From the human T2T-CHM13v2.0 reference genome, Homo sapiens, in NCBI RefSeq assembly GCF_009914755.1, contig NC_060947.1: 64,000 bases of DNA, one strand, 5' to 3'. Positions 41,232 to 58,859 of the stretch are shown here, piece by piece. The stretch's first letter is position 1. The number at the start of each line of letters is the position of its first letter. The notes under the pieces are model-generated. The model did no database searches and was not told where the DNA came from. It saw only the letters and a program-made list of their open reading frames with translations. A program made the translations under genes and the position numbers.

Positions 41232-41865
41232 TTTTTTTTTATTTTTTTATTTTATTTTATTATTATTATTATTATACTTTAAGTTTTAGGGTACATGTGC
41301 ACAATGTGCAGGTTAGTTACATATGTATACATGTGCCATGCTGGTGTGCTGCACCCATTAACTCGTCATTTAGCATTAGGTATATCTCCTAATGCTATCC
41401 CTCCCCCCTCCCCCCACCCCACAACAGTCCGCAGAGTGTGATGTTCCCCTTCCTGTGTCCATGTGTTCTCATTGTGCAATTCCCACCTATGAGTGAGAAC
41501 ATGTGGTGTTTGGTTTTTTGTCCTTGCGATAGTTTACTGAGAATGATGATTTCCAATTTCATCCATGTCCCTACAAAGGACATGAACTCATCATTTTTTA
41601 TGGCTGCATAGTATTCCATGGTGTACATGTGCCACATTTTCTTAATCCAGTCTATCATTGTTGGACATTTGGGTTGGTTCCAAGTCTTTGCTATTGTGAA
41701 TAGTGCTGCAATAAACATACGTGTGCATGTGTCTTTATAGCAGCATGATTTATAGTCCTTTGGGTATATACCCAGTAATGGGATGGCTGGGTCAAATGGT
41801 ATTTCTAGTTTTCGATCCCTGAGGAATCGCCACACTGACTTCCACAATGGTTGAACTAGTTTACA
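41232..41865 (-). mobile_element. 5'-truncated young L1PA (L1PA2/3-like) 3' end
   Basis: ORF 41395..41889(-) is the L1 ORF2p C-terminus (KCKLVQPLWKSVWRFLRD...WMKLE). It has an L1 3'UTR with G-rich tract and A tail, and TSD ttacatttc at 41223-41231 and 41861-41869. Confidence 0.93.
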
Positions 41866-41915
41866 TTTCATATAAATGTAATCATACAATATATTGTCTT
41901 TTGTGACTGGCTTAG

Positions 41916-42387
<472 letters not shown>

Positions 42388-43854
42388 TAAATTTTCACGT
42401 GGACAAAGGTTTTCATTTATCTTGGGTATATACCTAGGAATGGAATTGCTAGGTCATATGGTAACTCTGTTTAACTTTTTTTTAAAAAGAATAAAAGATA
42501 TAATTATATAATTAACATACCATAACACTCACCCTTTTAAAGTATACATTTCACTGATTTTTAGTATGTTCACAAGGAGTTGTATAACCATCACCGCAAT
42601 AAATTTTAGAATATTTTCATCACCTCAAAAAGAAATCCATACCCATTAGCATTCACTCCTTATTTCCCCTCAATATATGTTCCTCACCTCTCATCCTAGG
42701 CAATAACCAATCCTCTGTCTCTGCAGATTTGCCTATTCTGGGCATTTCATATAAATGGAATTATACAATATGTGGTCTTTTGTGACTGGCTTCTTTCACA
42801 TAGCATAATGTCAAAGTTCATCTATATTGTAGCATGTATCAGTACTGAATTCTGTTTTATTGCCAAACAGTCTTCCATTGTATGGAAATACCATGTTTTT
42901 ATTTATCCATTCATCCCTTGATGGACATTTGGGTTGTTTTCATTTTGGGTTATTATGAATAATGCTGCTATGAACATTTGTGTATGTTTTTCTGTAGACA
43001 AGTTTTCATTTCTCTTGAGTGTATACCTATGAGTGGAATTGCTGGATCATATGGTCACTCCATGTTTAACCTTTTGAAGAACTACCATCACACTGTTTTT
43101 CAAAGCAACGACATCATTTTTTGTTCTCACCAGCAATATATAAGGGTTCCAGTATCTCCACATTTTCACTTGTTACTTATTTATTTTTCAAACTCCTGGG
43201 TGCCATCAGATTTGCTTGTTATTATGCCTTTTTAATTATAGCTATCCTAGTGGGTACGAAGTGGTATCTCATTGTGGTTTTTATTTATATTTCACTGATG
43301 GCTAATGATGTTGAACATCATTTCATGTTATATAACTTTTGGAAGAATGTCCTTTCATATCACATTTAGGCTTTGACCCATTTTGAGTTAATTTTTGCAT
43401 ATGATGTGAAGAGTGGTCCAGTTTCTTTTGCATCTGTATATGAGTTATCCCAGCATCGTTTGTTGAAAAGACTATCCTTTCCCCCATTGAATTGTCTTGG
43501 CATACTTGTCAAGAAGCAACTGGTCTCTATTCCTTTGATCTATATGCCTTACGCCTTATGTCTTCATTACTGTAGCTTTGTGGTAAGTTTTGAAATTGGG
43601 AAGTGTGAGTCCTCCAACTTCGTTCTTGTTCAAGATTGTATTGGCTATTCTGGGCCCCTTTCATTTCCATATGAACATTAGGTTCAACTTGTCAATTTCT
43701 GCAAAAAAGCCAGCTGGGATTTTATAGAGATTTCGCTGAATCTGTAGACCCACTTGGGAAGTATTGCCATCTTAACAATATTAAGTCTTTCAATGTATGA
43801 ACATCAGATGTCTTTCTTTTTCTTTTTCAAATTTTTTCAAATTTTTTATTTTTA

Positions 43855-44445
<591 letters not shown>

Positions 44446-45913
44446 ATCTTTCTTTTTATTTAATTCTTTTTTAATATTTTTTGATAATTTTTTTTTAATT
44501 TTCAGAGTATAAGTTTTACACTTCTTTTGTTAAATTTATTCCTAAGTATTTTATCCTTTCCAATGCTATTGTAAATGCAATTGTTTTCTTAATTTCATTT
44601 TCAATTTGTTTATTGAGTTTTGTAGATCTTGTATCTGCAAACTTGCAGAACTTATTAGTTCTAATAGCTTTTTAAATAGAAGCTTTAGGATTTCTGTGTA
44701 CAAGATCATGTCACCTGTGAATAGAGATACTTTTACTTCTTTCTTTCTAGTCTGGATGCCTTTACTTCTTTTTCTTGCCTGCTTGTCCTGACTAGAAGCG
44801 CCAGTATAATGGTGAATAAAAGTGGTGAGAATGAATGTTGTTATTTTGTTCCTGATCTTAAGGGAAAAGCATTCAGTCTTTGTTCTTCATAGGTGCCCTA
44901 CCAGGTTGAGGAAGTTCCCTTGTACACCTAGTTTGTTAAGTGTTTTTATCATGAATGGGTATTTGTCAAATGCTTTTTTGTCATCTATTGATGTGATCAC
45001 ATGATCACATTATTTTTGTTCTTTAGTCTATTGATATGGTATACTGCATTAATTGATTTTTGAATGTTAAACCAACCTTGTATTCCTAGGATAAATCTCA
45101 CTTGTTTTTGTTTGTTTAGTGACTTTCCTGGACTGATTCTGTAAACTGGATTCCCTGTAGTTTGCCATCACAGAAGTGTCTTCTCTGTTAATTTAGTGGT
45201 TACTTGATGACTGGTCTCAGTTACTTAAATGCCTTGAACCTATAAATCTTCCACCATTTGCCAAGAGTTTTGTGTCTGTGTTTGGGCATATGCCTTCAAC
45301 ACTCAGGCACTTTTACAACTCTGCCTTAGCCTTCACTGCTTAAACAGAGTCTCAAAGTCAGCCAGAGATGCAAAATTTATGGCTTTTTAGGTCTTTCCTG
45401 AGCATGTAGACAGCCCTATACATTCAGACAACTTTCTAGACCTTCAGAAATATATCTGAACTTTTTAATCCCCACTCCCTCCCGTGGATACCTCATTTCC
45501 CAGACCTTTTAAGCTCTTAGCTAGGCTTTTGTTTAACCATGATTATTAAGTTTGGTGTTTATCTTTACCAGATGTTTTTCTGTGCATATGTGTATGTGTG
45601 CATATAGTAATATAGTTTTTATATACCTTTAAATATTTTGGCATTGCCTAATTTATTTATTTCCTTTTAACTATACAAGTAATACATGAATAGATTCTCA
45701 TATAAAAATACAAACAATACAGATGAAGATAAAATCTACCTTGATTTACCACCCAGTCCTAATCCAGAGGTGAACACTTTCATCTGACTGGTGGGTATCA
45801 TTCAAGATTTTTTCACGTACACATATATTTTTTATTGGTGTTGCTGTGTTTTTAAAGATAAATGTCATCATGCTACACATATTGTTTTTCAACTTGCTTT
45901 TATCTCTTCGTGA

Positions 45914-46229
<316 letters not shown>

Positions 46230-47053
46230 TGAGATCTTTTTTGTATCCCGTGTATATAAGTCTACTTCATTTAAAAAACTGTTACATAGGATTCCACGGT
46301 ATACAGTCTACCTTGTTTATTCCTATTTTGGTTGACATTTCAGTTTTCCAATTTCTGGCTATTGGAAATTGATGCCTCACTAGATAGCCTTGTACATGAT
46401 AAACATGTGAGAGTATTCTCTGTTATGTACCTGAAAGAGGAATTGCTAGATTGAAGGGTATACACGTTTGAGTAAATACTATTAAATATTGCACACCAAA
46501 ATGTCTGCCTCTTTATCCACTCTACCTACAAAATATGATGATGTTTCTCTATACTACTGACAATATTGGATATTATTGACCTTTTTAGTCTTGCCTCTCT
46601 TGAATATTGCATGTTATTGGCTATTTCTCTTTCCATTTCTATGAATTGCCTGTTCATACCATTTGCTTATTTTTTCTTCTTTCATGTTGTATTTTTCTTA
46701 TTGATTTATAGGAGTTGTTTATATATTCTGGATATTAAGCCTTAGTTACATATATTGCATATGTTTTCCTCAGTCTCATTTTTTAACTTTATTGATCTTT
46801 TTCATTTGTGCCTTGTGTGTGTTTTTCTTCTTACATATTTTTTCTATTTTTGAATATGTAAAATTGGCTACTTAAGGAGCAATAGCTTTTTTTCTTTTTC
46901 AGCCTTATTGAGGTATAATAGACAAAAAAAATTGTAAATGTTTAAAGTAGACAGTGCGATACTTTGATATATGCATAAATTGTGAAATGATTACCACAGT
47001 CAAGCTAATTAGCATATCAATCACCTCATGTAGTTATATTTTTCAATATGTTA

Positions 47054-47446
<393 letters not shown>

Positions 47447-47630
47447 TCATATATCTACCACCAAAAATATCATATAAAACAATTCCATCTTTCCAGAAAC
47501 TTCCCTTGTGCCCCTTTCCAGTCAATCCATCCTTCCCCCATTCCACTTCCAGCAACCACTTTCTGACTTCTGTCACCATAGATTAATTTTGCATGTTCTT
47601 AGACTTCATTACAGTGGGATCTCAAAATGG

Positions 47631-47631
<1 letters not shown>

Positions 47632-47669
<38 letters not shown>
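47632..47669. repeat. (TG)19 microsatellite
   Basis: Perfect dinucleotide run. Confidence 0.95.
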
Positions 47670-47670
<1 letters not shown>

Positions 47671-48163
47671 CTGGATTCTTTTGCTCAACATAGTGTTTTT
47701 TGAGATTTGTTCATGTTCTTGCTTTGATTAGTGATTTTCCTTTGTATTGCTGAGTAGTATTCAATTCTATGATTATACCACTATTTGTTTTTCTATTCTC
47801 GTATTGTTGAGAATTTAGGTTATCTCAAATTTTTAGCTATTATGAATAAAGCTACCCTGAACATTTGTATACAGGTCTTTTTGTGAACATATGTTTCCAT
47901 TTCACTTGGATAAATACCTAGGAATAGAAGAGGGCAAGCGTATGTTTAACTTTATGAGAAAGTGCCTAACAGTTCTCTAACATGGTTTGTATCATTTTAC
48001 ACCCCAGCAGTGTATGAGAGTTCCAGTTTTTTACGTTTTTTTGTATGCTCTGGTACAGTTGATATAACATGGAAATTATCTCTGAAGGTTTCTTGAAGAT
48101 TTGATTTTCTATATCTTGAGCCAATTCTGGTCATTTATATTTTCTTAGAAAATTGTTCATTTT

Positions 48164-48480
48164 GGCCAGTCACAGAGGCTCACACCTATAATCTCAGCAT
48201 TTTGGGAGGCCTAGGTAGGAGGATCGCTTGAGCCCGGGAGTTGGAGACCAGCCTGAGCAATATAGTAAGATCACTGTCTCTACAAAAAATAAAAAATTAG
48301 CCAGGCATGGTGGCACATGCCTGTAGTCCTGGCTACTCGGGGGACTGAGGTGGAGGATCGATTGAGCCCTGAAGACCAAGGCTGTAGTGAGCCAAGATCG
48401 CACCACAGCACTCCAGCCTGGGTGACAGAGTGAGACCCTGTCCTAAAAAAAAAAAAGAAGAAGAAGAAGAAAAAGAAAGA
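48164..48480 (+). mobile_element. Alu (J-like)
   Basis: Dimer; A/GAA tail; TSD agaaaattgttcatttt / agaaaattattcatttt. Confidence 0.93.
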
Positions 48481-48998
48481 AAATTATTCATTTTTTCTGA
48501 TTGCCGAATTTATTAATATAATATTGCAAATAGATTTACTTTATAGTTTTAATCTCCTCTTTATCTGTAGTTATGTCTCACTTTCATTTCAATTGTTTAT
48601 ATATCTTCTGTTTTTTCTATCACATTTGACAGATTAACTCTACCTTTTTCCAATTTTTACTATTACTCTATTACTGAGTTCTTCCTAAGTTGTTTTATTT
48701 TGTTTTATGTTCTTTTTATTGCTTCTTGAGTTGAAAGCTGAGTTTACTTCTTTTCTTCTCCTTTTTAAAAAAGCTTTTCAAGCATATACAGAAGAGGTCA
48801 GGATGGTATAATGAATGCCTCCCCCAATATACCTGTCATGAAGTTTCAGCAATGACTAATTTATGACCAGTCTTGTTTTGTCTATATAATACCCACTTTC
48901 TCCCTCTGATATTATTTGAAACAAATCACGGACATATTGTTTTATTTTTTTCAGTTTGTATCTGTAGAAATTAAGAACTCTTAAAATATAATCACCTA

Positions 48999-49295
48999 GG
49001 TCAGGTTCAGTGACTCATGCCTGTAATTTCAGCACTTTGGGAGGTCAAAGCAGGAAGATTGCTTGAGACCAGGAATTTGACAGCAGCCTGAGCAACATAG
49101 CGAGACCCCACCATCTCTACAAAAATAAAAAATAAAATAGCCAGGTGTGGTGGCATATACCTGTAGTCCTAGCTGAGGCAGGAGGATGGCTGGAGCCCAG
49201 GAGTTTGAGACTGTGGTGAGCTGTGATTGAGCCACTGCACTCCAGCCTAGGCCATAGAGTGGGACCGTCTCTAAAAAAAAAAAAAGAAAAAAAAA
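48999..49295 (+). mobile_element. Alu (J-like)
   Basis: Dimer with A tail. Confidence 0.9.
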
Positions 49296-49336
49296 TATAT
49301 ATATACACCTAAAAATTAAATTAACAATAATACTAA

Positions 49337-49840
<504 letters not shown>

Positions 49841-52800
49841 TGAAGAAATCAAGTTGTCTTGTAGAATTTCCCATAGTGTGAATTTTGCCAATTGCATGCC
49901 TATATAGTTTCACATGTTTCACTTTTATTCTCTATTTCCTATAAATTGGTAATTCGATCTAGAGGCTTAATCACATTCAAGATCAATTTTTTTCTTTTAT
50001 TTGCACATACATAACTATGTCTCATTTATTTTCAGTTGTTCTTATCTAAAAAGATATATTTAAAGCTATACATCTCCTCTAACTACCACTTCAATCTAAT
50101 CTTATAATTTTGAGAAATAGTACTCTTATTGTTCATGTCTAAATAGGATATTTACTCTTTCATTTTCTCTCAAACCTAAAAGTTATTTAGAAGGTGCTTC
50201 TGTCTTTCCTTTTATTGTCAATTTCTAATGTATTGCATTATGTTCAACAAATGTATGTGATTTGTGTTTTTTGAAATTTGGCCTATACTTATTTGGTCTT
50301 TATTAATATTCTGTTTATATTTTTAAAAAGTGTATTTTCTCTTGGGTGTATAGTTCTATATATACCTATTAGATGAGCTTGTTACTTGTATTATTCAGAT
50401 CCTCATGTTCTTTTTTTTTACTTAATATGTTATTTTCTCACAGTATGACCAAGAATTTGTCCATTTCTCCTTGTATTTCTTAGTTTATACATTTTATACT
50501 TTGGAGCTATGTTGCCAACTGCATAAAATGTCATGACATACGTCTTCTTAGAGGATTATATCTATTTTGTCTAATTAGTATTTCTTCACCTACTTTCTCT
50601 TTGTTAGCCCTTACCTGGTATGTTTTCCATCCCTATCTTACAGAAACTTTGTAGCTTGACTTCATTAATTAATTTATCCATTCATTTATACCCAATCTGA
50701 TGGTCTCTCTTTTTAATTTTTTTTTCTTTTATTAAACTGCTTAGGGATGATGTTCTCTTTTAACAGGTAGTTTTACCCTCTGTATTCGTGTGTGTGTTTG
50801 GACTTATTTCTGTCATATCACTGACTATTAGTCTATGGTCCTACTCCTGCTCCTGTACCACAACCAGATACCTTGACCATTGTCCCAGGGCTTCCTTCTG
50901 TTTTCCGAATCCACTACCTTCAAGTCTGTAGTACTCCTGCAGTTGCTGCCAACTTTTTATATCAGTTCTCTCCTGCATATTTTTTCTTATGTTGGTCTGA
51001 TTCATCTGCTTTCAGTCTCTCAAGGATTTTGTGGTTTCTGATCCACCAGTGATGGATTCACAGGAAGTTGGTGGCTTTCCCACTTGGCAGCCTATTCAAA
51101 GACTTTTAGGGGCTCTAAAGGAATTTTACTCAATTGCATTAGAGGGTTTTACATACACATTCTGGGTTGCCCATCTTAGCTTCAGAGCTTCAATTTCCTC
51201 ATTTGTAAAATAGGATTTGAATATATTCTCCAATAGAGTTGTGGGAATTAAGTGAACTCATATTCGTAAAACATTTAATGCAATTCTTAGTAAATAGTAG
51301 TCTCTTCATAATTACCAATTCCATCATCTGTGTTTTTACTTGCTCTGAGTGTGGCTAATGAGGAATATAGGGGCTCTACTGATATTTATATACAATCTCA
51401 GCTGAACTAAGATCCCTATGAGCTTGCTAAGGTGCTTGTCAACATTTGAGGTAGATTTCGAGGGTGGAAGAAACTTTTAGGGATATGGCTTATACCTGTG
51501 GAATTAACTTTTCTTTGGCTACCAAACTGCCATTGTCAAAGGCAAGTCCTCCACTGTTAGAGGGAATCATTTTCTACTTATCAAGAACTAAGAAAGTTGC
51601 TAAACCCTCTGGAATATTTTCAGAAGGTGGATATGGCCCGGCAGAATATTGTTACATGTTGCATTACTGTGGATTGGGGGAAAGGAGATGTACCCAAGTG
51701 TCAGATTTGACTCGTGAGGCAAAGAAGTTTATGACAGAATCATAGTTGAGTCCTACATCAAGTGGCAGATGCCAAGAGTTGAAGGGAAGCTAGTGAGAAA
51801 ACAGGAGATAGGTATATAGGAAGCAGACAGCAGATGGAAAGATTTTGGACATGTCAGATTTGGAGTACATATTAGAAAAATCCAGGAAGAAATCAGAAAG
51901 TCAGGACAAGAGCTTAGAAGCAACATCTGGGCTAGAGATAAATATTTGGAATCCATGGGTAGGAGAGTTGTGCAGAGAAAGACTGGACAATCAAAGAGCC
52001 ACTAGTAAATATTAAATAATATTAGTAAATACTAAATATGAGCGAGGGGCACTCATATTTAAGGGCCAAGGGTAAATGAGTCAATAAGAGAAGCTGAAGA
52101 GACACTGGAGGATCATAGTATCTAGATAACCAAGGGTTTTTATAAACAAAAAGGACTGTCACCTGTGTCATATGCTTCAGTGTGATTACTGAGAAGAGGT
52201 AAATAGATTTGTCCGTTGAGGTTTTGGGTGATCTTTGTCAGAGCAGTGTCGGTCGAGTGGTAAGGAATTAGGACAGGTTGTATCAAACTAAGGGGTGAAT
52301 TTAGCCACCATTCTAAATGTGGTGTTTATCCTTTCCATTAATTTCTTTATTCTTATATCCTTTAATGATATGTAGTGACATTTTGCATGTTTCTAAACTT
52401 AATGTAAGGGGTTTCATGGTATATGTGTCTTCTGAAACTGATTTTTTCCCTCAACATTATGTTCTTGAGATCAATTCATCTTGATAATATAGCTCTGTTC
52501 TAACAGGTTTTGTTAACTAGAGGCTTGAGTTTTCTTGGTATCAAATTGTATCAGTAAGAAGAAAGTTACCTCTGCCAATATTTATTCCTTTATTTAATTC
52601 TCTTATGTTTCTTAGCAATGAGAAAAATGTCAGCAGATATACCCTGGACTAGTAAAGTTGCTTTCCTCAGGGGAATCTAGTTTCTGATTTAAATCAGAAT
52701 GGTTTTAATGTTTTATTATTTGGAATGATAATTGCTATTGGTGTTGGTAAATGGTATTTAATTCTCTTAGTTCTAAAGTCTTTTTTAAGTGCAAATTGTC

Positions 52801-53816
52801 TGTTTCATTCAGCAACTCTATTCATTAAAGTCCTGTTCTAAGTGTTCTGCATGTTCTTTTTGGCTTCTGGGTCCCTTTAGGTGTATTGTTATTTTCCTTG
52901 GTCTGCTCTCTGGGACTGAAGTCTAATGCTGGAGTATCTGAAGTCATAGCAGCCCAGTGAGTGGGAAAAGCACAGTGGTTTCTGCCCATGAGCTAGCAGG
53001 CGTATTGCCAGTCAGCTTGTCAAACCCATGAGGAGGCATCAGGAGGAGGCCTCTCTGTACTCTTGTTTCCTTGTGCTTTCTTAGTCTCAAGGTAGAGAGG
53101 ACCCAACCCATCTCATTGTTTTCTTAGCATTTTCAGATGGGGAAACCTGGCACACTCACATAAGCAGTATTGACTTTCCCCCTAGGAGTTCAGAGTGGTA
53201 TGGGCGAAGCCTTTGCCACAGACCATGTTTCCATCCTTGCACTTTGGCTCTGCTACACCACACTCTTAGCCCAGGGCTTTTCTCTGTTCCAGAGATGAAA
53301 AATTCTACATCACCCCTTACTCTCAGGTCTCAGACCCATCCTGCAACCTACTTTTTTGGCTGGCCCCAGCACCTACTTGGCTTAAGAACAGTCAATGAAT
53401 CAGGTTTGGGAATAGAGGCGATTTGGAATATTTTCAACTTACTATCTTCCCAAAATTCATGTACCTTTTAAAAATAGATGCTACCAAACTCCCATGAAGG
53501 AATGATGAGATTATTCATTTTCCTAAATTCTCTACTAAGTATTATTACCAATTTGATAAGTGAAAAATGGCATGTCACTTTCATTTCTGTAGTTATTAGT
53601 GAAGTTGAACATACTTTTATATTTATAGGCCATTTATATTCCTGATTAAATTACCTCTTCAAAGTATTTCTCTTTAGTCAGTGTGAGTGCTGTACATTTT
53701 CTGTTAAGTTTATCCCTACTTTTTGTTGTGATTTTGAATATAAAACATATTTAGGCCACTGCCAGATAGATTATAAATAGATTACAGATGGATAATAGGT
53801 AGATTATTCAATTGAA

Positions 53817-53925
53817 GTATAATATACATATTACACATAAATATATATTACATATACATATTATGCATATATGTATATTGCATATACATATATGTGTATT
53901 ACATACATATTATGTAATATAATGA
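53817..53925. repeat. AT-rich (TACATA)n-like low-complexity tract
   Basis: Degenerate catatacatatta units. Confidence 0.8.
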
Positions 53926-54148
53926 TATCAAGTCATCATTATACAGTTCAACGAATGTTCACAATATGAAATACATACATGTAAATAGCACCCAGGTGAA
54001 GAAACAATATTCTAAGCATCCCAGAAGTGTCACTTGTGCTCTCTTCTAGTCACTGTCTTCCCCAAAGAGTAACCACTGTCCAGACTTTTAGTCCTAGATT
54101 AGTTTTGTAGTATGGACTCCTTCATGTCTGACTTCTTTCACTCAATGT

Positions 54149-54316
54149 AAGATCTCCAGAGAAAATACAAGATGCCTAGATAAATTTGAATTTCAGATAA
54201 ATGACATCATTTTGTATGGAATATACCTATATTAGAAATGATTCATCATCTATCTGAAATTCAGATTTAACTGGATGTTCTATATTTTTTTTCTTTTACC
54301 AAATCTGATAACCCTA
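54149..54316. mobile_element. MER53-like palindromic hAT MITE
   Basis: Inverted arms aaatttgaatttcagataa ... tatctgaaattcagattt; terminal ...aaatctgataacccta. Confidence 0.7.
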
Positions 54317-54864
54317 ACTCAACATTATGCTTGTGAGGTTCATCCATAGTATTGCATGTAGTTGTAGTTTGTTTATTTTTCATTACAATATAGTATTCCA
54401 CTGATGAATGTACCACAATTTATCCTCTTTACTGTTGGATGGGCATTTGGGTAATTTCCAGTTTGGAGTTGCTTTGAATAATGCTATGAATATTCTTGTA
54501 CAGGTATTTTGGTGAATATACGTACCTAAATTCCTTTAATCCTGAATCCTCCTGTAACTACTGTCCTATCTCCTTCCCTTTAGACTCAAGCTTCTCAAAA
54601 AAGCTTACACTGCTTAGCAATACATGTGATTAACTCTTAGTTTCACTTCTTTGGTGAGACATAGCATACATACAGAACATTGCATAAGTTATGTCATGTA
54701 TCTAGTTTAATAAATGATTATAAAGTAAGCATCTATATAACTACCACTCAGGTTGAAAACAAAACACTTCCAGCACCCATGCATACCCCTCCGAGATCAT
54801 GATCCCCTTCCTTCTCTCTCCAGGTATCCATTCTTCTGACTTTTGTGATGTCAATTCCCTTGCC

Positions 54865-55555
<691 letters not shown>

Positions 55556-56302
55556 TAGTTTTGTCTACTTTTAAGCTTTATGTAAGTGGAATTATACTGT
55601 TTATAATCTGTTGTGCCTTCATTCTTCCATTTAAAATGATATTTGAGAGATTCATCTACTACATTACATACAGCTGTAGTTCATTTCTTTTCATTTTTGT
55701 ATAGTAATCTATCATTTGTCTGTACCACTATTCTTTCTACTTTTGATGGATATTCCACTTTTTTCCAGTTTTTGGCTATTGTCAACAACGCCCATATGAA
55801 CCTTCTTGTTTGTGTATCCCAATGCATATGTATAAGAATTTTCTAGGATATGTACCTAGAAGTAGTATCACTGGGTTATAGAGTACATATATACCAAACT
55901 ATCTTTCAAAGTTTGTTTCAATGTATGAGAGTCCTAATTGCTCTATATCCACTGTTTTGTGAGAATTTTAAATTTTTGCCAATATAGTAGATGTGGAGTG
56001 ATACTTTATTATGGTTTTAAGTTTCATTTCCTCAATTACTAATGGGGTTGATCACCTTTTCATATGTTTATCGACCATGTGTATTTTCAGTTAAATGCCT
56101 GTTCACGTCTTGCTCATTTTTCTATTAAATGTCTTTTTCCTACTGATTAAAAGTAATTCTTAATATACTATAGATTCTAGTTATTGGTCAGTTATATTTA
56201 TTGCAAATCTCCCCACCCTGTGTGTTTTGCACATATCTTCTCCCTCCTCTCTGGCTTGTGTTTTTACTTTCTTTTTAATTTTGTGTCTTAAGAAATCCTT
56301 TA

Positions 56303-56626
<324 letters not shown>

Positions 56627-57676
56627 TTAACGATATTTTTTCTATATTATCTAATAAAGGCTTTACAGTTTTGCCTTTCACACTTAAGCCTTTAATCCAC
56701 CTAGAACTGTTTTTTTTATACATGATATGATGCAGGGTCCAGTTTTGTTTTTCCATATAAATACCCATTTGTCCTAGTACTGCTTATTAAAAAGTCCGTT
56801 CTTTCCCTACTGATAAGCAGTGCCATTTCTTTCATATATTAAGTGCCCAAATATCCCTTAGTCTGTTTCTGAGTATTCTATTAAATCAAAATTAAATCTG
56901 AGTGTTTTTCCCTGTAGAAGTCTTATACATCTTTTGTACTATTCTTACGTAACTTGTATTTTGACAGTATTGCAAGTGATATTTTTAAAACTTTTTATTG
57001 AAGTATAATGTGGAAATAGAAAAGTAGACCTACCATAAATGTATAGCTTGCTGCATTTTCACTAACTGAACAAACCCATGTAACCAACATAAATAGAATC
57101 TTTAAAAATTATATTTTCTAACTTTGTTTTTTGTGTGTGGAAAATAAAATGTGTTCTTTAATATTGATTTTGTATCCTGCAACCTCATTCACTCTCTCAG
57201 CAGTCTGTCTTTACCCACCTTGCCAAAACCACTATGTAAGAGATATCCAGGGATATCTTAATTACCAGAACTAATTTTTTTTCAGTGCCCATCTTACCCA
57301 ACCTCTCTGTGGCATTAACACTTGAAAATACTCTTTTTGAAACTCTTAATTTGGCTTGTAAAGCCTCACTGTCCTAGTTCTTTTCCTAGCTCAAACTGTT
57401 ACTTTTCAATCACTTTTGCTTTTTCTTCTTGCTGATCCATTAATCTAATTGCACCCAGCATGATCTCCCCAATTAGGAATGAGTACCCATTACCTGCTGT
57501 TAGTTCTTCCTTAGCACCATGGTAGAGATGCACCCACTTCCAGTCTGTTCCTGCCACCTCTACAAAGTCCATGCCCTCACCTGCACATCTGAACTGTAGC
57601 CTTCTAACTTTTTGACTCCTAGAAGGCATTCTATTCTAAATACCATAGCTAGGTTAATCTTAAAATACCCTTTGAT

Positions 57677-58310
57677 CAAAGGGATACATGTACCGCTATG
57701 TTTATTGCAGCATTATTCACAATAGCAAAAATTTGGAATCAACCTAAGTGTTCAACAGATGAATGGATAAAGAAAATGTGGCATATATACACAGTGGAAT
57801 ACTATTGGGCCATAAAAAAGAATGAAATCCTGTCATTTGCAGCAACATAGATGGATATGGAGGCCATTATGTTAAGTGAAATAAGCCAGGCACAAAAAGA
57901 CAAATATTGCATATTCTCATTCATATGTGGGAGCTAAAAACAAGGGTATAATGGACATAGAGAGTAGAATGATAGTTACCAGAGGCCAAGAAGGGTGTGG
58001 GAGTGGAGGCCGAGGGGAAGAAGAGAGAGGTTGATTAATGGGTATAAACATACAGTTAGATGGAATAAGTTCTAATGTTTGATAGCAGAGTAGGGTGATG
58101 AGTGAACAGCATTGTACTATACATTTCAAAATAACTAGAAGGGAGGAATTGAAATGTTCCCAACACATAGAAATTATAAGTGCTCAAGGTGATGGATGCC
58201 CTAAATACCCTGACTTGATCATTACAATTTCTATGCATGTAACAAAATATCACCTATATCCATAAATATGTACAAATATTGTGTATCAATAAAAATACAT
58301 AAATAAATGA
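57677..58310 (+). mobile_element. L1MA-like 3' end
   Basis: atgtttattgcagcattattcacaatagc...gaatgaaatcctgtcatttgcagcaaca...accctgacttgatcattaca...aataaaaa. Confidence 0.85.
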
Positions 58311-58859
58311 ATTACATATGTAGCTTTAAAAATACCACCTTTTACATGGCATCTCACGTAAATAGAACTTTGAAGTAGCTGCTTACAAGATGAAGTCTAA
58401 AAAACATAGCCAAATCTTCCAGACCCTTTATACCCTGGTCCCAAGCCTACCTCCTCGACCATCTTTCACAGCTTCCCTACCCACACTCCATGCCAGCTGT
58501 CAGGTCCCCACAACATGCCCAGCTAATTCTGGTCTTTGCACACTTTCATCACAGCCATCTCCTCTTCTCCCAGAATGTAGTGTGTGCCCCCCAACACACA
58601 ATCAAACCATCTACAACATAGCCACGTTTTAAGACTCAACTTAAGTGTTGGGGTTTTCGACATTGCCTTTTTTAATCATGTTATCTTCTAATGTATTTTT
58701 TTCTCCTCTGAGATTTCTCTAGTACCACAGGACTACATTGTCATTTTCTGGTGCCTCTGTATTTCTAGCTTCATCTCCCACCATTTTCCCACAAACTACA
58801 AGGTTCCAGCCATAGCAGTCTACTCATTGTTTTTCCAAACAGTTCTGTTGTTTCAGATC

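Noticed and set aside
41395-41889. 164-aa minus-strand ORF
   Set aside because: It is the C-terminus of L1 ORF2p in a 5'-truncated L1PA, not a host gene.
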